From Gammaproteobacteria bacterium (GTDB lineage: Bacteria; Pseudomonadota; Gammaproteobacteria; Ga0077536), in the NCBI GenBank assembly GCA_963662545.2, contig CAXXLL010000003.1, positions 672,001 to 736,000 of the forward strand: DNA of 64,000 nucleotides, given 5' to 3'. Positions 57,660 through 64,000 of the stretch are shown piece after piece (position 1 is the stretch's first letter; every line of letters begins with the position of its first letter). Below the pieces are notes generated by a model. That model was not told where the DNA came from. It did no database searches and saw only the letters and a list, made by a program, of their open reading frames with translations. The position numbers were made by a program, and so were the translations under genes.

Positions 57660-59573
57660 ATGTTCCTGATCAGCTTTGATGCGGTCGCGCTGGAATTTGG
57701 CGACCAGGTGATTTTCCGCCAGGCGAATTTCACCTTGGAAGCGGGCGAGCGCGTCTGCCTGATCGGACGCAACGGCGCGGGCAAAACCACGATGTTGCGG
57801 CTCGTCACGGGTGAAATCGAACCCGACAGCGGCGAGGTGAGGCGCCGCGGGAACATTCACATCACCCAGTTGCAACAGACACTCCCGCACGATCACGCGC
57901 GCTCGGTTCGTGAACATGTTGCGGCGGGCCTGGAACGTCACCGTAATCTGATCGATCGATTCGAGGAGAGGACGGCGAGTGATCTGGACGACGCCGGATT
58001 ACGCGAAGTCGAAGAACTACAGCGGCGCATAGAGGCACACGGCGGTTGGGATATCGACACGCAGATTGATACGATCATCACAAATCTGAACCTGCCGGCG
58101 GAAAGCCTGCTCGGCGAACTGTCAGGCGGTTGGCGGCGCCGCGTGGGCCTTGCTCGGGCCCTGGTAAGCAATCCTGACGTGTTGTTGCTGGATGAACCGA
58201 CCAATCACCTCGATCTCAACGCGATCCAATGGCTCGAGAATCGGGTACGGAGCTTCAAGGGCGCGGTGCTGTTCATCACCCACGACCGCACTTTTCTGCA
58301 GGGTCTCGCCACGCGCATCGTAGACATTGACCGCGGTCAATTGCAAAGTTGGCCTGGGGATTATCAGACCTACCTCAGACGCAAGGAGAAAATGCTTGAT
58401 CAAGAGGGCCGGCAGAACGCTCAGTTCGACAAAAAGCTTGCCGAGGAAGAAGTCTGGATCCGCCAGGGCATCAAGGCGCGGCGCACCCGCAACGAGGGAC
58501 GCGTTCGCGCGCTTACGCAGATGCGCGAGGCACAGGCCGCCCGCCTCAAACCAGAAGGCAAGGCCCGCATTCCCGTGCAGGACGCCGAACAGTCCAGCCG
58601 TCGGGTAATTCAGGCCAAAAATGTCTCATACACTTATGGTTTAGCACCTTTGATCGCAGGCTTTTCGATCAAGATCATGCGCGGCGACCGCATCGGCCTG
58701 ATCGGCAATAACGGTGTCGGCAAAAGCACCCTGCTGCGCCTGCTACTCGGGGAGTTGGCGCCTCAGATCGGTACGATCAAGATGGGTGAAAATCTCGAGA
58801 TCGGTTATTTTGATCAACTTCGTCGCGAACTCGATCCGAAAAAGACCGTCGCCGAGATCGTCGGAGACGGGCGCGAATACATTACGATTAATGGTAAAGA
58901 GCGCCACGTCGTCGGCTACTTACGCGGCTTTTTGTTCACCGCTAAACGCGCCATGACGCCCGTCGGGTTCCTTTCTGGCGGCGAGTGCAACCGTGTCATT
59001 CTGGCAAGCCTGTTTACAAGACCGACGAACCTGCTCATCCTCGATGAGCCGACCAACGACCTCGACGTGGAAACGCTCGAGGTTCTGGAAGCCCAGCTCT
59101 CGGAGTATCAAGGCACGATCATTATCGTCAGTCACGACCGCACGTTTCTGGACAATATCGTCACGAGTACACTGGTATTCGAATCCGCCGGCAACTTGAT
59201 CCGATATGCCGGAGGATATTCGGATTGGCTGCGGCAAGGCCGGCTGCTCGCGGCCATCGATGCCCCCGCCGCTGTCTCAAAAAGGTCCCAAAGTAAGCTA
59301 CCCCGCCCGTCCGGCGGGCCCGGTCCCCGAGCGACGAAACTCAGTTACAAACTGCGGCTCGAGCTCGACGGCCTGCCGGATCGGATCGAATCGATCGAAC
59401 GTGAAATAGGTAGTCTAGAAGCTGAGGCCGCTGCGCCCGAATTCTATGCGCAGAAATACGACACCGTTTCCCCGGTGCTCCAAGCGATCGCGCAACGGCG
59501 GCTCCAACTCGAGAAAGCATTGGCGCGCTGGGGTGAGCTCGAGGACTTGCAGGTAAAACTGCTGCAAGGTTAG
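57660..59573 (+). CDS. uup: ABC-F ATPase Uup
   Basis: Two ABC domains, LSGGWRRR, EEVWIRQGIKARRTRNEGRVRAL, C-terminal KLSYK...RW.ELE. Confidence 0.93.
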   Translation: MFLISFDAVALEFGDQVIFRQANFTLEAGERVCLIGRNGAGKTTMLRLVTGEIEPDSGEVRRRGNIHITQLQQTLPHDHARSVREHVAAGLERHRNLIDRFEERTASDLDDAGLREVEELQRRIEAHGGWDIDTQIDTIITNLNLPAESLLGELSGGWRRRVGLARALVSNPDVLLLDEPTNHLDLNAIQWLENRVRSFKGAVLFITHDRTFLQGLATRIVDIDRGQLQSWPGDYQTYLRRKEKMLDQEGRQNAQFDKKLAEEEVWIRQGIKARRTRNEGRVRALTQMREAQAARLKPEGKARIPVQDAEQSSRRVIQAKNVSYTYGLAPLIAGFSIKIMRGDRIGLIGNNGVGKSTLLRLLLGELAPQIGTIKMGENLEIGYFDQLRRELDPKKTVAEIVGDGREYITINGKERHVVGYLRGFLFTAKRAMTPVGFLSGGECNRVILASLFTRPTNLLILDEPTNDLDVETLEVLEAQLSEYQGTIIIVSHDRTFLDNIVTSTLVFESAGNLIRYAGGYSDWLRQGRLLAAIDAPAAVSKRSQSKLPRPSGGPGPRATKLSYKLRLELDGLPDRIESIEREIGSLEAEAAAPEFYAQKYDTVSPVLQAIAQRRLQLEKALARWGELEDLQVKLLQG

Positions 59574-59643
59574 CCCGCAAAATGCGCGAAGACGGGAACC
59601 AGAGCTCGGCCGCAAAGCAGAGCCCCGTCCCGCAAGCGATTAG

Positions 59644-59677
59644 CAGGCTGTTGAAAAACTCGTTTTTCGACAGCCTG
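59644..59677. repeat. Minimal TIR-only element / bidirectional hairpin between convergent genes
   Basis: CAGGCTGTTGAAAAA-CTCG-TTTTTCGACAGCCTG flanked by TTAG direct repeats (59640-59643, 59678-59681). Confidence 0.7.
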
Positions 59678-61066
59678 TTAGGTGCCGAGCCTGCGTAGTG
59701 ATGCCCTGGTCAGAAACTCGTCGTAGACCTCGAGGCCGCGGTTGACGAACATTTCCCATCCGCCCGCGATCTTCTTGACCTGGTTCAGCCGCGACATCCG
59801 GTTGGACTGGATATTGTGCGCGTGTACGTGACACCAGGACCAGTAAGGATTGGCGCCGTCCATGACCTGCTTTCCACCGCTGTCGTAGAGGGAAAAGGCG
59901 CCATCGAACGACTTAAAGACCTCGCCGTTTCGATCGTAGGTCACCATGTTCATCGGCAAACCGGTTCGCGCATCGAACCAGACCCGCTTTTTGCTGATCG
60001 GGGCACGCGGGTAAGAAGTGGGTTCCGCTTCAACGACGATGGCCTCGGGGATCAACTCGACGTTCGTATCCCAGAACGTGGTGCCGAGCGGACCGCCGTG
60101 AGTCGTGCCTTCCCAATTCTCGTCATCCGAGAACCAGTTCTCCGTCAGTCCTGACAGATAGGGTCCGCGCGCGACGATCTTGAAGTTGCCCCAAGTGAGG
60201 AAGGGATCGCCCGCGGCCCAAGCATCTGAAAAATAGAGGCTGGACCCCGGCAGCAGCGGTTCGAACCGCTGGCTTGCCGGAAAAGTTCTCACCCGCTTGA
60301 ATTGCGGGAGGTAGCCCAACAGCTCGGGAAATCTACGCTGATCGTAATACCAGGTGTTGAGGAACGCGGTGCCCTTGTAGTCCTGAGGAATGGTGAACAA
60401 TATGGATTGATAGCGCAGCTTATCCTCGTGCCCGGCCCAGTAGGGCATGGGCTCGACCGAAATACGGCCAGTCGGCGCAAATTCACACCAAACGAGTTCG
60501 TAGCGGTAGGCAACCTTGCCCTCGGTATCCATTTCGTAGGTCTTGATCGGGTAGAACGATACGTCGTGACGCCCCCAGGTCAGGGTAATACCGGCGAAGA
60601 TCTCAAGCCCATTGGTGGGTTCCGGAAACGGATTACCGCCGACCCAGGGCTTGCCGTCGCCGACGACCACGTTCCCGGTGGCATCGAATTTCGCCATGCC
60701 CTTGTGCCGGAGCGTGGCTTCCGTGTACTCGATCGGACTCAGCTTGGTCATGTCGGTCGTCGACTTGACCAAGCCGAGCTTGCGGCCCATCTGCTTGATC
60801 TGGGTGTATTTGATGGGGTCTAAGAGATCCTGAACCAGATCGACGTTATCGGCGTCGATCACATCGCCCGGTTTGAGCTTGCCTTTGGTGAACTCCTCGA
60901 TCGAAAGGAGATCGTCGGTATAAGCGGCGGCGAAATCGCCGTTCTCCGCCAGGGCCGACCATACAGGCATCAACACCCCCGCCCCCAAAAAGCCCGCCGC
61001 CGTTTGTTCGATAAAGTGTCGTCGACTGTAATCTACCGTATATTTTTTGATGCGCATCGCTGGCAT
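59678..61066 (-). CDS. DUF1329-like exported protein with a twin-arginine signal
   Basis: SRRHF Tat motif then a hydrophobic segment; GNPFPEP.NG.E, YLPQFKRVR, YDRNGEVFK resemble DUF1329 as I recall it. Confidence 0.75.
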   Translation of the reverse strand: MPAMRIKKYTVDYSRRHFIEQTAAGFLGAGVLMPVWSALAENGDFAAAYTDDLLSIEEFTKGKLKPGDVIDADNVDLVQDLLDPIKYTQIKQMGRKLGLVKSTTDMTKLSPIEYTEATLRHKGMAKFDATGNVVVGDGKPWVGGNPFPEPTNGLEIFAGITLTWGRHDVSFYPIKTYEMDTEGKVAYRYELVWCEFAPTGRISVEPMPYWAGHEDKLRYQSILFTIPQDYKGTAFLNTWYYDQRRFPELLGYLPQFKRVRTFPASQRFEPLLPGSSLYFSDAWAAGDPFLTWGNFKIVARGPYLSGLTENWFSDDENWEGTTHGGPLGTTFWDTNVELIPEAIVVEAEPTSYPRAPISKKRVWFDARTGLPMNMVTYDRNGEVFKSFDGAFSLYDSGGKQVMDGANPYWSWCHVHAHNIQSNRMSRLNQVKKIAGGWEMFVNRGLEVYDEFLTRASLRRLGT

Positions 61067-61100
61067 CTCCCTTCAATTTCTGGTCTTGGCCGCCGGCCTG

Positions 61101-62084
61101 TTAGACACAAAGTAATTCAAACAATTCATCAATACGGTCCGAATCCAAATCGCGGCCGATGAAAACCATGCGACTCGACCGCTCACCGTCGGGCCAATCC
61201 TCCAGCCATTCTAGCGGGTAGAATTTGTTCTGCACGGCGTGGATCAGCGCGGGCCGCCCTTTCTTTTCACGAAAACCGGCCAAGCCCTTGATCCGGAGCA
61301 CATTATCTGCCATTTCGTTCACCACCCGGTTGAGAAACACCCCGGTACCGGCAAGGCTTAGGGGCTCGTCGCGACAGATGAGGTGCGACATGTAATGCGC
61401 GGCGTGATCGTGATGAGCATGTACTGCCGCCAGCCAGCGGCTGATGTTGTCGGCGCGATCGTCGGGCTGGAAAAGGGAACGATCGAACAGGCGCCCCGGA
61501 TCGATGCACCCATGCGCGGCTTCGATGATCTCCGCACTTGAATTGAGTGCTCTCAAATCTGTGAAAAGTTCGGCGAGGGCCGCGCGCTCGACCGCATCGA
61601 CCTTGCTCACCAGAAGTATGTCCGCCATCGCCACTTGATCAGCAGCAGTCGCGTGCTCGGCGAGCGTTCGTCTCCCGTGTTCGCCGTCGACCATGCAGAC
61701 GACAGCATCCAGATAATAGGCCTGTTGCAGCGGTGGGTTCGCCATCAAAGTATGGATCAAAGGGATCGGATCGGCGACACCGCTCGTCTCCACGACGACC
61801 CGCTCGAAAGCTGGAATGTCTTCGAGATACCGCTTCTGGTGAAGATCGCGCAGGGTCAGTGCAAGATCACCGCGAATCGTACAGCACAGACAGCCGCCGC
61901 GGAGTTCGACGATGTTCTCGGCGAGGTCCGCGACGACCAGATGGTCAATACTGACTTCACCGAACTCGTTGATTACGACGGCGGTATTGGCGAAATTGCG
62001 TTGGCTCAGAGCATTAGACAGCAGCGTGGTCTTACCGCTACCGAGAAATCCCGTGAGCAAAATGACAGGAGTGCGTGCGATCAC
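61101..62084 (-). CDS. CobW/COG0523 G3E GTPase metallochaperone
   Basis: TGFLGSGKTT, NEFGE, GCLCC, ETSGVADP, SKVD, HAHHDH, LRIKG, VFIG. Confidence 0.94.
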   Translation of the reverse strand: MIARTPVILLTGFLGSGKTTLLSNALSQRNFANTAVVINEFGEVSIDHLVVADLAENIVELRGGCLCCTIRGDLALTLRDLHQKRYLEDIPAFERVVVETSGVADPIPLIHTLMANPPLQQAYYLDAVVCMVDGEHGRRTLAEHATAADQVAMADILLVSKVDAVERAALAELFTDLRALNSSAEIIEAAHGCIDPGRLFDRSLFQPDDRADNISRWLAAVHAHHDHAAHYMSHLICRDEPLSLAGTGVFLNRVVNEMADNVLRIKGLAGFREKKGRPALIHAVQNKFYPLEWLEDWPDGERSSRMVFIGRDLDSDRIDELFELLCV

Positions 62085-62111
62085 GATCGGGAAGCGGTCA
62101 CCGGGAAAGGC

Positions 62112-62171
62112 AAGGGGTCAAGTCTTCACACATCACATTCGGGAACGTGATATGTGAAGACTTGACCCCTT
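62112..62171. repeat. 60-bp near-perfect hairpin, REP-like
   Basis: Perfect 19-bp arms AAGGGGTCAAGTCTTCACA / TGTGAAGACTTGACCCCTT; inner TCACATTC / GAACGTGA; abuts the stop codon of the upstream minus-strand gene. Confidence 0.8.
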
Positions 62172-64000
62172 CAAAGCGATGCCTCTGCGGTCTCGCAATG
62201 GGAATTGCCTTGCGCAGAAGTAAACTCATCGGTGAAATTCGCCGGCAGGTATTCGCTGTGCTGGTCCAGTTCCGCGAGCAGCGGGCAGGCCTGTTCGGGG
62301 CGGGTGGAATCAGCCCTGATGCGAACCCGGCTCAGCATCCCTTCCCACCAGACAGGCATGGTCGGAACCGCCTTGTTGGTGATAACCCCCCATGCGCGGT
62401 CGGCTTCGAACGGTTGCTCTGAAGCTTCCGAGGCGTTGGCCAGCAATTTCCAGGCGTCACCTGAGGTTGGATGCTGCTTGGCGAAATCGAGTGCTTCGGC
62501 GTAGGCTTCCTGGGCGTCACCTTGCTCGAGCAAGGATTCTACCAACATCACGCTAAAGCGCCGGTCCATGTCAGGCAGGTCTTCGACCTGCGGCCGAATG
62601 ATACGGACCAAGGCCAGGCGTTCAGCATTGTCTTTACGATTCGATATCCAGGGATAGAGGTACTCGAGCTGCCAACTGGGGATCCCCTGGGCACCCAGGC
62701 CGCGAACGTACTCCAGCGCGCGGCTTGAATCACCTAGGCGATCGAAAAGTTTCAAGCGGGACCAGACCAGGGCGCGGCGAACGTCGAGGCTTAGATTTCC
62801 CTTGTCCTCGATACGGCGCAATTGCTCGAGGACTTTCTCGGGCTCTTCACCGACCAGGGCGCGCATCTCGATCAACACAGCAAAGTTGAATTGATCTTTT
62901 TTGTCTGCCTTGGGCAGCCTGGTCCACGCCTGGATGCCCTGCTTGGCCGGTCCGATCGCGTAGGCGTCCTTGCCGCGGCTGATCTTGCGGCTGAATTCGT
63001 TCGCGATCACCTGAAACGCAGTGCGCTCAACATCACCTTTCAATTTAGACGGTGAGCGAACCTGCCCCAGTGCTTTGAGCGCGGTCGTTGCATTCGACGC
63101 CGTCTGAGCCATCAACAAGCGCGCCGAATCCGCGCCGGCGTCGTCGGGACTTTTTCGGATGAAACGCTGCGCAGCCGTGCGCAGGGCTTTGCGATTGGGT
63201 GCTGAACTGGCGGCTTGTTCGCGCGTCGCGTAAACCGCATAGAGGAGCTTGGCTGCGGCCTTGTCGAGCTCGGGTACGAGGTTCGGCCGCCGGATCAGCT
63301 TCTCCAGGATGTCGATCGCAGGCTGGTATATCTTGTTCCGGTATGCCACGAGCGCCCAGCGGTATCGATAGTTCGATAGGTCGAGGCCTTGGGGTGGATT
63401 AACGGTACTGAAAAACTTCTGGTACTTCATCATCGCGTCGTGCCAGTGCTCGAACTCTAAAGCGAACTCGGCACCGGCGAGGTCGGTGTACGGGCCGACA
63501 TTCACACCCGCCAATTCCTGCCTGAAATGCATCATGTCGGAAAGCAATTGCTGGTCGATACGGCCCGCCGCGATGATCGTCTTCAGCCGGTCCGCCGCCT
63601 CCAGCGCCCGGCCGCCGGTCTTGCGGCTCTGCTGCAGCAGCGCGAGGGCCTCGGCCTTCAGGATGGCGATTTCGTTATCGTCCACGACGGCGCCGCGGCG
63701 CGTCTTCTTGACCTTGCCTTGCCGCGCCGCGAGCAGCCGTAATTCGAGATTGACCGCCTGTCGGATAGGGTGATCAGCTTCTTCGTCAAGGGCTTGCTCG
63801 AGGTTTTCGAAAATTGCCGACGCCCGGTCGTAACGGCCTCTTTCCAATTCCACGTAGCCGAGGCCAAGCCAGCCGCCAAAGACCAGCCCGGGCCGGAAGA
63901 GCTGCATGGAGGCCGCGCGAAATCCTTTCCGCGCGGGCAGCAGATCCTTGGCGAGTTCAGCTTTGTCGGGATTGAGGCGCGCGAGTTCGAGGTCGATCCA
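62171..64000 (-). CDS. Large alpha-helical TPR-like hypothetical protein, 5'-truncated by the window edge
   Basis: Frame is open to base 64000; TPR-like units (GWLGLGYVELERGRYDRA, DAWKLLA..SE). Confidence 0.75.
   Translation of the reverse strand, partial: WIDLELARLNPDKAELAKDLLPARKGFRAASMQLFRPGLVFGGWLGLGYVELERGRYDRASAIFENLEQALDEEADHPIRQAVNLELRLLAARQGKVKKTRRGAVVDDNEIAILKAEALALLQQSRKTGGRALEAADRLKTIIAAGRIDQQLLSDMMHFRQELAGVNVGPYTDLAGAEFALEFEHWHDAMMKYQKFFSTVNPPQGLDLSNYRYRWALVAYRNKIYQPAIDILEKLIRRPNLVPELDKAAAKLLYAVYATREQAASSAPNRKALRTAAQRFIRKSPDDAGADSARLLMAQTASNATTALKALGQVRSPSKLKGDVERTAFQVIANEFSRKISRGKDAYAIGPAKQGIQAWTRLPKADKKDQFNFAVLIEMRALVGEEPEKVLEQLRRIEDKGNLSLDVRRALVWSRLKLFDRLGDSSRALEYVRGLGAQGIPSWQLEYLYPWISNRKDNAERLALVRIIRPQVEDLPDMDRRFSVMLVESLLEQGDAQEAYAEALDFAKQHPTSGDAWKLLANASEASEQPFEADRAWGVITNKAVPTMPVWWEGMLSRVRIRADSTRPEQACPLLAELDQHSEYLPANFTDEFTSAQGNSHCETAEASL

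Noticed and set aside
61101-62084. CobW as the nitrile hydratase activator
   Set aside because: COG0523 activators serve Fe-type NHases; this NHase is Co-type, has its own P14K-like gene and lies about 11 kb away.

Overview
GC-rich chromosomal window that looks gammaproteobacterial from its core genes and synteny (rng-yhdP, mnmA, acnA, nhaB, hemW-rdgB-rph / yicC-gmk-rpoZ-spoT-recG-ubiA, dacB, gltA, yaaA, ppiA, uup). Accessory metabolic genes are mixed in: a hydantoinase/oxoprolinase A+B pair whose B subunit carries a fused acetone-carboxylase-gamma-like Zn finger, an amidase plus Co-type nitrile hydratase operon, two putative F420-dependent enzymes, a ZIP/Zur zinc locus, and a CobW plus Tat-signal DUF1329 pair. 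I saw no rRNA, tRNA, CRISPR array, transposase or phage gene. The most distinctive non-coding signal is six ~155-163 bp MITE-like elements from three unrelated terminal-inverted-repeat (TIR) families. All three fold into long rods and share the apex TAG-CGG(N2-3)-CTA and RAGGC bulges. One sits between nthB and its activator gene. Another is inserted in the apparent -10 box of a patB/malY promoter next to a Zur-type palindrome. Other highlights: an unannotated 31-aa membrane ORF in frame with a PuuD-like gene, a lower-GC islet with a frameshifted SDR, and an alphaproteobacterial-looking citrate synthase. All family assignments come from motif recognition by eye; no database searches or folding programs were run.
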